DNA from: a virus
IMG/VR virus record: IMGVR_UViG_3300021961_000019
Strand: one strand, 5' to 3'
DNA: 64,000 nucleotides
In this document: piece after piece, positions 1-6,268 of the stretch
Layout: each line of letters starts with the position of its first letter
Position numbering within the stretch: the stretch's first letter is position 1
The notes under the pieces: generated by a model
What the model was told of the DNA's origin: nothing
The model's input: only the letters and a program-made list of their open reading frames with translations
The model's database searches: none
Program-made: the position numbers and the translations under genes

Positions 1-54
1 ACCGACCCTGAAAAGATTTTAAGTCTTCTGCCTCTTCCGCTGGGCTACACGGGC
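1..54 (-). tRNA. trnL: tRNA-Leu(TAA), 3' end truncated by window edge
   Basis: Reverse complement reads GCCCGTG-TA-D arm-GAAGA CTTAAAA TCTTT-TCAGG-GTCGGT; short variable region. Confidence 0.85.
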
Positions 55-130
55 TGGTGCTCCTTGAGGGAATTGAACCCACCTTAGGCGAATTATGAGT
101 TCGCTGCATTCACCAGATTGCTAAAGGAGC
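55..130 (-). tRNA. tRNA with CAT anticodon, probably Ile2 (lysidine type); CCA encoded
   Basis: Full cloverleaf: GCGAA CTCATAA TTCGC, acceptor GCTCCTT/AAGGAGC, A73, CCA; Ile2 versus Met identity is inferred. Confidence 0.85.
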
Positions 131-133
131 AAA

Positions 134-205
134 TGGGACTGCGGAGAATTGAACTCCGTTCACACCGTTATAAGCAGTGGGCCTTAACCAATAGGCGACA
201 GTCCC
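134..205 (-). tRNA. trnI: tRNA-Ile(TAT)
   Basis: Cloverleaf with CACTG CTTATAA CGGTG, A73. Confidence 0.85.
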
Positions 206-216
206 AAGAAAAACAC

Positions 217-384
217 TCAAGGTGCTTCGTCGTGCTCGCTATACATTCGTATGAGGTCATCATCTGCTGGACACATCACAACTTGATCGCTTCCATTTGT
301 GATGCCCAACCTTTCCCCACGCTCAACTCTATCTAACATTTCGTCCCAACGTTCAAGGAATTCATCAACCGAATAGATTTCCAT
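217..384 (-). CDS. 55-aa Phd/YefM antitoxin-like protein
   Basis: Read manually: MEIYSVDEFLERWDEMLDRVERGERLGITNGSDQVVMCPADD..., matching the Phd pattern L..VE.GE.v.IT. Confidence 0.6.
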   Translation of the reverse strand: MEIYSVDEFLERWDEMLDRVERGERLGITNGSDQVVMCPADDDLIRMYSEHDEAP

Positions 385-426
385 AAGTTAGAGTTCAACC
401 TCAGTAAATTGTGGGATTTCTCCCAA

Positions 427-500
427 TCGGAATGGCAGGATTCGAACCTGCGACCCTCTGTTCCCAAAACAGATGCGCTACCAAACTGCGCTACACCCCG
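427..500 (-). tRNA. trnP: tRNA-Pro(TGG)
   Basis: Cloverleaf, TCTGT TTTGGGA ACAGA. Confidence 0.93.
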
Positions 501-508
501 GTGTTATT

Positions 509-537
509 ATCATAATGCTATTTACTCTTTTTGTCAA
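509..537 (-). promoter_or_regulatory. sigma70-type promoter upstream of tRNA-Pro
   Basis: TTGACA-17nt-TATGAT. Confidence 0.7.
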
Positions 538-766
538 CCTCCTTTTTTCTACGCTTCAGTTCTTGCTTAACTGCCTTTCCACCACTACGATCCACTACAA
601 GTTTTTGAATTTCCTTTTTGGTCGGTTTACGTGTTGGACCTTCATGCCTTTGAAGTGTATAGGTCTTAACACCATCAACTTCTTTGTAAGTTCCAGGAAC
701 TGCATGTGGGGGAGTTCCAGACTTTTTCCCTTCACAGATTTGATAGAATTCTCTATAAGTAAGCAT
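518..766 (-). CDS. 82-aa basic hypothetical protein with capsid-targeting-like N-terminus
   Basis: ATG start gives MLTYREFYQICEG; GATAAATA late box at 791-798. Confidence 0.7.
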   Translation of the reverse strand: MLTYREFYQICEGKKSGTPPHAVPGTYKEVDGVKTYTLQRHEGPTRKPTKKEIQKLVVDRSGGKAVKQELKRRKKEVDKKSK

Positions 767-777
767 CGTAGTTCCAA

Positions 778-939
778 TCACTTATGATTATATTTATCAA
801 ATGGAGCCCAGTGTTGCCAACCATACTTATGAATGGCCCAAATACCCATAATAGGAACAAAAACCAATAGAGCACTCATAATCCCTAGGGAAACTGGATT
901 TTGCATGACTGTCCTAACAATAAATTGAATAGTGTGCAT
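778..939 (-). CDS. 53-aa small membrane protein
   Basis: Read manually: MHTIQFIVRTVMQNPVSLGIMSALLVFVPIMGIWAIHKYGWQHWAPFDKYNHK; one hydrophobic segment. Confidence 0.6.
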   Translation of the reverse strand: MHTIQFIVRTVMQNPVSLGIMSALLVFVPIMGIWAIHKYGWQHWAPFDKYNHK

Positions 940-1005
940 GATCAGTAATCCATTTGTCTGATATTTACATCATAAACCCCCCAAAGGGAATGGGGGGTCG
1001 ATTTG

Positions 1006-1025
1006 GGACACTTTCTCAACTGTCC
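1006..1025. promoter_or_regulatory. Copy of GACASTT-N4-AASTGTC palindrome (others at 4461, 6901, 39508, 42455, 44298)
   Basis: GGACACTT-TCTC-AACTGTCC; about 30 nt upstream of TATGAT on the minus strand. Confidence 0.65.
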
Positions 1026-2119
1026 ACTCTACACATGTTGTCATGAATTTGATTCCGCTTCGGATTTTCCCGAACCTCATGTCCACCAAATTTATTTCGC
1101 ATACCATTCAATATGCGATTTGCAAAATCTCCTAATCTGCGACTCTCAAACCGCGCAAATAGCGCACTAGAAAGGACAGGAGCGGGAACCCCAAGGTCCA
1201 CAGCGGTAGAAACAGTCCAACGACCCTCACCACTATCGGAAACCCCTCCAGAGAATGATTCAAGTCCACTATCGCTGCGCAGAACAGAAGCGGTAAGGTC
1301 AAGTAACCAGCTGCCAACAACACTACCGCGACGCCAAAGCTCAGCCACCTCAGAAACATCAATATCGTATTGATAACTCTCCGGATCAAACATAGGAGCA
1401 ACTCCGGCATCACCCTCTTTGACATATTGTGACCCAAGATTCGCGTTATGCAGAATATTAAATCCTTCAGCATATGCTTGCATGATTCCATACTCAATTC
1501 CATTATGAACCATCTTCACAAAGTGCCCTGCGCCAGGACCACCACAATGTAACCACCCAAGTTCTGCAGAAGTTACGTCTGAGTCATAATTGGTGCGTTG
1601 TGCGGTATTGATGCTTGGGGCGAGCGCGTTGAAGATGGGGCTACAATAGGCGACTGCAGAATTTCTGCCTCCAACCATAAGACAGTATCCACGCTCCATA
1701 CCGTACACACCACCAGAAGTACCACAGTCAATATATTCGACGCCATACTGATCATGAATCCTTTCCGCTCGACGGCGGCTCTCCTTAAAATTGCTATTGC
1801 CATGATCAATAATAATATCTCCACGGCGACAAAATGGTAATAATTCATTAAGTGTTTCCTCCACAGTTTCTGCTGGAACCACCAGCATATAAACAGCACG
1901 TTCTTCACCTTGGAGAACATGTGAAAGGTTTTCAATGCTGGTGACTACACCACTAATTGCACCTTGCTCATACAAAGTAACTGCTGCAGCATAATTTCTG
2001 CGATATCCCCAAACATGAATCTGATCGTTTGTTTCTTGCAACAGTCGTCTGGAACGTTGAATAATTCTACGAGACATACCCTCGCCCAGGCGACCAAGAC
2101 CTATCATTCCAACACGCAT
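1016..2119 (-). CDS. gnd: 6-phosphogluconate dehydrogenase (decarboxylating), phage auxiliary metabolic gene
   Basis: GMIGLGRLG Rossmann motif, DCGTSGG, GHFVKMVHNGIEYG, MRNKFGGH. Confidence 0.95.
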   Translation of the reverse strand: MRVGMIGLGRLGEGMSRRIIQRSRRLLQETNDQIHVWGYRRNYAAAVTLYEQGAISGVVTSIENLSHVLQGEERAVYMLVVPAETVEETLNELLPFCRRGDIIIDHGNSNFKESRRRAERIHDQYGVEYIDCGTSGGVYGMERGYCLMVGGRNSAVAYCSPIFNALAPSINTAQRTNYDSDVTSAELGWLHCGGPGAGHFVKMVHNGIEYGIMQAYAEGFNILHNANLGSQYVKEGDAGVAPMFDPESYQYDIDVSEVAELWRRGSVVGSWLLDLTASVLRSDSGLESFSGGVSDSGEGRWTVSTAVDLGVPAPVLSSALFARFESRRLGDFANRILNGMRNKFGGHEVRENPKRNQIHDNMCRVDS

Positions 2120-2123
2120 AATA

Positions 2124-2399
2124 CTAGTCCTCCTCTTCTAATTCATCTTCATACGTGGATGGTTCTTCAAATAACTCTTCCATCTTCCGTTGCAAAATCA
2201 TCTTTTGCAGTGCTTTTAGATCGTCATCTTCCAGTTTCATCACAATCAATTCTTCTCCTGCTTTCACACCACGCATTTCTGGATGTATTTTATATTCTGG
2301 ACACTTAATATATCCATGAGTTTCTTTCATGACAATCATTCCATGAATGACCAAACTAAGGGCCACCAAGAATAATACTAGAAAGATTATGGGAATCAC
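2124..2399 (-). CDS. 91-aa membrane-anchored hypothetical protein (DUF2973-like)
   Basis: N-terminal TM segment, HPEM motif, acidic tail. Confidence 0.6.
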   Translation of the reverse strand: MIPIIFLVLFLVALSLVIHGMIVMKETHGYIKCPEYKIHPEMRGVKAGEELIVMKLEDDDLKALQKMILQRKMEELFEEPSTYEDELEEED

Positions 2400-2572
2400 A
2401 TTACGTTCCTCATGGCGTTTACAACAGTAATTAATCCATGGGTATAAAATGCAAGAACAGTTGCTCCAAGCACAGAACTAATCAATGTTGCAGTTCTGTT
2501 ATGCTTAGCCATCGCCTGTTTGATTGATTCATCAATCATTCTTTGAGTTTCTTCACGATCACTTTCAGACAT
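2396..2572 (-). CDS. 58-aa small membrane protein
   Basis: Read manually: MSESDREETQRMIDESIKQAMAKHNRTATLISSVLGATVLAFYTHGLITVVNAMRNVM. Confidence 0.6.
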   Translation of the reverse strand: MSESDREETQRMIDESIKQAMAKHNRTATLISSVLGATVLAFYTHGLITVVNAMRNVM

Positions 2573-2584
2573 AACAATATATAT

Positions 2585-2734
2585 TTAAAAGAATTTTTTT
2601 GGAAGGTCTTCCATTGGGTCCTTACCAGATCTCAGGATTGCACAAGCTCTTGAATAATACATGTTGTTTGTATTTCCAGAGGCTTCCATAGCTTCCTTGA
2701 TTTTTTTCCAGTTCTCTAGATTATGTGCATCCAT
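2585..2734 (-). CDS. 49-aa hypothetical protein
   Basis: Read manually: MDAHNLENWKKIKEAMEASGNTNNMYYSRACAILRSGKDPMEDLPKKFF. Confidence 0.6.
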   Translation of the reverse strand: MDAHNLENWKKIKEAMEASGNTNNMYYSRACAILRSGKDPMEDLPKKFF

Positions 2735-2758
2735 TAGTTTTTTTATCTTTAAGGACAA

Positions 2759-2844
2759 CGGTGAGTCAGGGATTCGAACCCTGGGAGGCTACTAACCTCG
2801 TCGGTTTTCAAGACCGATGCCATCAACCACTCGACCAACTCACC
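2759..2844 (-). tRNA. trnS: tRNA-Ser(TGA)
   Basis: Cloverleaf with long variable arm, TCGGT CTTGAAA ACCGA, G73. Confidence 0.93.
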
Positions 2845-2869
2845 AAATTGCTTCTATTATAATAACATA

Positions 2870-3121
2870 TTAGCGAATCTCAAAGTCCAATTTCTTAACT
2901 TTTCTTTGTCTTCTAGACTCTTGATAGGCAAGATCTTCATTCGATAAGACTCCGCCACATTTAGTTTTTGTTGGTGGAGTGATTAAAACAACCTTATTCA
3001 AATCAATTGCTGTAATTTTATCATTACTAATTGTTGTCATATTATCACAACCACAAGATATAGGTTTTGATAGATGATTCTCTATCTCCCTATTACAAAT
3101 TTTACATCTAACTCTCATCAT
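2870..3121 (-). CDS. 83-aa Cys-motif (zinc-binding-like) hypothetical protein
   Basis: CxxC...CGC motif; ORF track. Confidence 0.7.
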   Translation of the reverse strand: MMRVRCKICNREIENHLSKPISCGCDNMTTISNDKITAIDLNKVVLITPPTKTKCGGVLSNEDLAYQESRRQRKVKKLDFEIR

Positions 3122-3191
3122 TCAACTCATCGATACAATATTTAGATACTTCAAAACCGCGTTCTGCGGCAAATGGAAATATTCAATTGTA

Positions 3192-3263
3192 TGGGCGATA
3201 CTGGATTCGAACCAGTGACTTACCACTTGTAAGGAGGCCACTCTACCGCTGAGTTAATCGCCC
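3192..3263 (-). tRNA. trnV: tRNA-Val(TAC)
   Basis: Cloverleaf, loop CTTACAA, A73. Confidence 0.9.
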
Positions 3264-3275
3264 ACGTCAAGTTAT

Positions 3276-3551
3276 TTATGAAAGAGAAATAGCAAGATCT
3301 AAGGCACGTTTTGCTGAAGGAGCGATTGGATATCCAAGATGAAGACCATCTTTATCATATTGATACTCCTCAGATCTGTATAATTGAAATCCAAAAAGAT
3401 CATCTGTGGGAGATCCAACATCCCATACTGATACTGGTCTTACAAAATAAATCCCAGCATTCGCAACAACACGCCACCCAATTTCCACAAATCCCAGACC
3501 ACGAAGAGCACATTCTAATTTTAACGAATACCCTGCATCGTGCAAATTCAT
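3276..3551 (-). CDS. 91-aa hypothetical protein
   Basis: ORF fills the gap between tRNA-Gly and tRNA-Val; protein-like composition. Confidence 0.65.
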   Translation of the reverse strand: MNLHDAGYSLKLECALRGLGFVEIGWRVVANAGIYFVRPVSVWDVGSPTDDLFGFQLYRSEEYQYDKDGLHLGYPIAPSAKRALDLAISLS

Positions 3552-3599
3552 AGGTTCGGTTTACCGTAACTATGAATTTATTTATTCCCCGGAAGGGGA

Positions 3600-3671
3600 A
3601 GCGGCTGATCGGATTCGAACCGACGACGTTCTGCTTGGAAGGCAGACATTCTACCACTGAATTACAACCGC
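3600..3671 (-). tRNA. trnG: tRNA-Gly(TCC)
   Basis: Cloverleaf, TCTGC CTTCCAA GCAGA, U73. Confidence 0.93.
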
Positions 3672-3675
3672 AAAG

Positions 3676-3752
3676 TGGGGGCGGGAGTTGGATTTGAACC
3701 AACGTTCTGCGGCTTATGAGACCGCCGTGATACCTGACTTCACTATCCCGCT
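3676..3752 (-). tRNA. trnM: tRNA-Met(CAT), initiator-like
   Basis: Cloverleaf with A1:C72 mismatch, loop CTCATAA, CCA end. Confidence 0.8.
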
Positions 3753-3755
3753 ATA

Positions 3756-3968
3756 TTTGGGTGGGTGGTGAGATTCTATCATACTCACAATCAGGAGGTC
3801 GCACTGATAGTAACGTTTCCTGACACTCTCGGACTCCTTGATAGTGGATTCGCATGTCTCTGGTCTCCCAGTCACATGGCGGGCATCACCCCTGTCCTAA
3901 TATACATTATCCCGTGCATGACCGCATAGGATTTTTCTGTCACACCCTTTGGAAATCCGTCGATCTCC
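3756..3968 (-). ncRNA. ~210-nt structured RNA, candidate manA-type motif
   Basis: Helices GGAGATC/GATTTCC, CATGT/ACATG, CTGG-GAGA-CCAG, TCAGGA/TCCTGA, GTGAG/CTCAC and long-range GGGTG/CACCC; lies directly 3' of a tRNA. The family call is from recall. Confidence 0.5.
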
Positions 3969-3970
3969 AA

Positions 3971-4041
3971 TGGAGAATAGGAGAATCGAACTCCTAATAA
4001 GTGCTTGCAAAGCACCCGTTATACCGTTTAACTAATTCCCC
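3971..4041 (-). tRNA. trnA: tRNA-Ala(TGC)
   Basis: Cloverleaf, G3:U70 pair, loop TTTGCAA. Confidence 0.93.
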
Positions 4042-4049
4042 ATGTTTTT

Positions 4050-4078
4050 ATTTTAAACGACAATCATGAGATTGTCAA
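4050..4078 (-). promoter_or_regulatory. sigma70-type promoter upstream of tRNA-Ala
   Basis: TTGACA-17nt-TAAAAT. Confidence 0.7.
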
Positions 4079-4150
4079 GCCCCCGACAAGACTTGAACTT
4101 GCGACATCGGCTTTACAAAAGCCGCGCTCTACCAGCTGAGCTACAAGGGC
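4078..4150 (-). tRNA. trnT: tRNA-Thr(TGT)
   Basis: Cloverleaf, CGGCT TTTGTAA AGCCG. Confidence 0.93.
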
Positions 4151-4205
4151 GAATGAGTCGGATATGATGATCCCGACTCTTATGGAAGAACCGAAGTCCA
4201 TCCAA

Positions 4206-4278
4206 CTGGGGTGGCAGGGATCGAACCTGCGACCTAGATGTTAACAGCATCCCGCTACTACCGCTGAGCTACACCCCA
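4206..4278 (-). tRNA. trnN: tRNA-Asn(GTT)
   Basis: Cloverleaf, loop CTGTTAA, G73. Confidence 0.93.
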
Positions 4279-4285
4279 TTAATTT

Positions 4286-4357
4286 AACGTGGATTGGGAA
4301 TCGAACCCAAACTCCATGTGTGTTGTCCACCCGTCCTGACCACTAGACTACCCACGT
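4286..4357 (-). ncRNA. tRNA-like element with degenerate anticodon arm
   Basis: Acceptor ACGTGGG/TCCACGT, D arm GTCTAGTGGTCAGGAC and T arm TTGGG-TTCGATT-CCCAA are intact; anticodon arm is only GTG/CAC with loop GACAACA. Confidence 0.7.
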
Positions 4358-4421
4358 ATGATGGGTTAAGTGTGATATGCCTCATAAGGACATAACAGGG
4401 ACTTAACCTCTGTCACTTTAT

Positions 4422-4450
4422 ATAGTAACAAACTTTTGATGGGTTGTCAA
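4422..4450 (-). promoter_or_regulatory. sigma70-type promoter for downstream tRNA block
   Basis: TTGACA-17nt-TACTAT, preceded by GGACAGTT-N4-AACTGG palindrome at 4461-4479. Confidence 0.75.
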
Positions 4451-4478
4451 CCCCCCATGTTCCAGTTTCCAAACTGTC

Positions 4479-4949
4479 CTATCCCATCACATATTCTATC
4501 CATTCAGTTACACCACTTTTCTGAACGTCCAGGTAGACCCTATTAAAAGGTGCTACAGGTTCTTTCTTCAAAGTCATGTTAGTTTCTGACAGAAGTTTGT
4601 TTCCCTTTTTCAAGTTACATTTAGTGCAACAGGCAACTAGGTTTTCCCATGTTTCCCGTCCACCTTTTGAACGTGGAATCACATGATCCAGTGTCAGATC
4701 CTTATCAGATCCACAATACTGGCACTCATGATCATCTCTCTTGTATATTAGAGCTCTTGTTGGATAAGATCCCCTACCCATATGAAAGGGAATATGTACA
4801 TAATTGACCAAACGTATTACTCGCTTGGTGATAAGCCTTGCCTTCTCTTTAAAGAGAAGAACTATAGCTCTCTTCCAATTAGTGAATTGCAATGGTTCAT
4901 ATGAACTGTTCAGAACCAATACTGTTGAATACGGTTCTACTAATTCCAT
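4479..4949 (-). CDS. HNH endonuclease
   Basis: RD..CQYCG...TLDHVIPRSKGG..TWENLVACC..CN..K motif; CTAAATA late-like box at 4971-4977. Confidence 0.92.
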   Translation of the reverse strand: MELVEPYSTVLVLNSSYEPLQFTNWKRAIVLLFKEKARLITKRVIRLVNYVHIPFHMGRGSYPTRALIYKRDDHECQYCGSDKDLTLDHVIPRSKGGRETWENLVACCTKCNLKKGNKLLSETNMTLKKEPVAPFNRVYLDVQKSGVTEWIEYVMG

Positions 4950-4980
4950 AGTCCTATCACACTGTAATGTTATTTAGAGG

Positions 4981-5053
4981 CGTCCCTTGAGAGATTCGAA
5001 CTCCCGACACATAGGTTCGTAGCCTACTGCTCTGTCCACTGAGCTAAAAGGAC
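4981..5053 (-). tRNA. trnR: tRNA-Arg(ACG)
   Basis: Cloverleaf, loop CTACGAA. Confidence 0.92.
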
Positions 5054-5054
5054 T

Positions 5055-5129
5055 TGGCGAAGGGCCAGAGACTTGAACTCTGAACTTTGGTTTTGGAGAC
5101 CAAGATGTTACCAATTACACCAACCCAAC
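5055..5129 (-). tRNA. trnW: tRNA-Trp(CCA)
   Basis: TTGGT CTCCAAA ACCAA; G73-CCA; two U-U mismatches in acceptor stem. Confidence 0.85.
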
Positions 5130-5130
5130 G

Positions 5131-5206
5131 TGGTATCCGTGAGAGGACTCGAACCTCCAACAAATAGATCCTTAGTCTATTGCCTCTTCCATTGGGCTAC
5201 ACGGAT
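5131..5206 (-). tRNA. trnL: tRNA-Leu(AAG) with short variable loop
   Basis: ATAGA CTAAGGA TCTAT, A73-CCA, D arm similar to the Leu(TAA) gene. Confidence 0.82.
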
Positions 5207-5207
5207 T

Positions 5208-5281
5208 TGGTTCCAGAACTAGGACTCGAACCTAGATAAACGCCTTCAAAGGGCGGTGTCCTGCCATTAGACGATTCTGGA
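5208..5281 (-). tRNA. trnQ: tRNA-Gln(TTG)
   Basis: Loop CTTTGAA, U1-A72, CCA encoded. Confidence 0.9.
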
Positions 5282-5282
5282 T

Positions 5283-5360
5283 TGGAGTTCAGGGTGGGAT
5301 TCGAACCCACGGTAAAGAAGTTTTGCAGACTTCCGCATTCGACCACTCTGCCACCTGAAC
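5283..5360 (-). tRNA. trnC: tRNA-Cys(GCA)
   Basis: GAAGT CTGCAAA ACTTC, U73-CCA. Confidence 0.9.
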
Positions 5361-5392
5361 ATTGAACTATCTGGACTTTCCGGATAGTTGAG

Positions 5393-5464
5393 AGCCCTTA
5401 GTGAGAATCAAACTCACGACCGCATTCTTACCAAGAATGTGTTCTATCACTGAACTATAAGGGC
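5393..5464 (-). tRNA. trnT: tRNA-Thr(GGT), atypical D and T loops
   Basis: CATTC TTGGTAA GAATG; D loop lacks GG; T loop reads TTTGATT. Confidence 0.75.
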
Positions 5465-5466
5465 GG

Positions 5467-5540
5467 GGTGTAGGACGGGACTTGAACCCGCATAAACCAG
5501 ATTCACAATCTGGCGCATTGGCCAATTATGCTACCTACAC
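5467..5540 (-). tRNA. trnH: tRNA-His(GTG)
   Basis: CCAGA TTGTGAA TCTGG, C73; the -1 base is T, not G. Confidence 0.9.
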
Positions 5541-5541
5541 A

Positions 5542-5615
5542 TGGCAGTAGATGGATTTGAACCACCGACCATAGGAATATGAGACCCGTGCTCTACCAAA
5601 CTGAGCTATACTGCC
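5542..5615 (-). tRNA. trnM: tRNA-Met(CAT), probably elongator
   Basis: Cloverleaf with G1-C72, A73, weak anticodon stem, loop CTCATAT. Confidence 0.82.
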
Positions 5616-5617
5616 AA

Positions 5618-5708
5618 CGGAAGTGGTTGGATTCGAACCAACGGTGCCTATTACTAGACACGGAATCTTAGCAGGATTCTGCGATAAGCCTGACTCTGCC
5701 ACACTTCC
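5618..5708 (-). tRNA. trnS: tRNA-Ser(GCT)
   Basis: Loop CTGCTAA, long variable arm, G73. Confidence 0.92.
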
Positions 5709-5762
5709 TCAATGTTGCCTTGAATTATCCTAAAGTTGTTTTGGGTTGCTTCAAGGCAACAA

Positions 5763-5834
5763 TGGAACCGACAAGATTTGAACTTGTGACCGCTCGGTTA
5801 TCAGCCGAGTGCTCTACCGCTGAGCTACGGTTCC
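5763..5834 (-). tRNA. trnI: tRNA-Ile(GAT)
   Basis: CTCGG CTGATAA CCGAG, A73. Confidence 0.93.
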
Positions 5835-5837
5835 AAG

Positions 5838-5911
5838 AGGGAACAGTCGGACTTGAACCGACAACACCATGATCTTCAGTCATGTGCTCTACCAATTGGA
5901 GCTATGTTCCC
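5838..5911 (-). tRNA. trnF: tRNA-Phe(GAA)
   Basis: CATGA CTGAAGA TCATG. Confidence 0.92.
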
Positions 5912-5913
5912 AA

Positions 5914-5985
5914 TAGTCCTAACGGGATTCGAACCCGTGTTCTCACCTTGAAAGGGTGATGACCTAACCGCTAGTCGATAGGACC
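5914..5985 (-). tRNA. trnE: tRNA-Glu(TTC)
   Basis: Loop CTTTCAA, Glu-type D arm. Confidence 0.92.
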
Positions 5986-5988
5986 AGG

Positions 5989-6060
5989 CGACCCATAGGG
6001 GATTCGAACCCCTGATACCTCTTAGACAGAGAGGCGTGATCACCACTTCACTAATGGGCC
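5989..6060 (-). tRNA. trnD: tRNA-Asp(GTC)
   Basis: CCTCT CTGTCTA AGAGG, G73. Confidence 0.92.
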
Positions 6061-6135
6061 TGGAGCGGACTACGGGATTTGAACCCGTGACATCAACCTT
6101 GGCAAGGTTGCGTTCTACCACTGAACTAAATCCGC
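6061..6135 (-). tRNA. trnG: tRNA-Gly(GCC)
   Basis: CAACC TTGCCAA GGTTG, U73-CCA. Confidence 0.93.
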
Positions 6136-6139
6136 AAGG

Positions 6140-6230
6140 TGGGAGAGGAGGGAATTGAACCCCCGATGGTTCCGATGTAACGGTTTTACAGACCGCAGCC
6201 ACACATATTGCCAACAGTAGCCACTCTCCC
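6140..6230 (-). tRNA. trnY: tRNA-Tyr(GTA) with enlarged D arm
   Basis: GCGGT CTGTAAA ACCGT, long variable region, A73, 24-nt D arm. Confidence 0.85.
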
Positions 6231-6268
6231 GAACAGTTTATGTTTAACGACCGAACTGCGGCGGTGCA

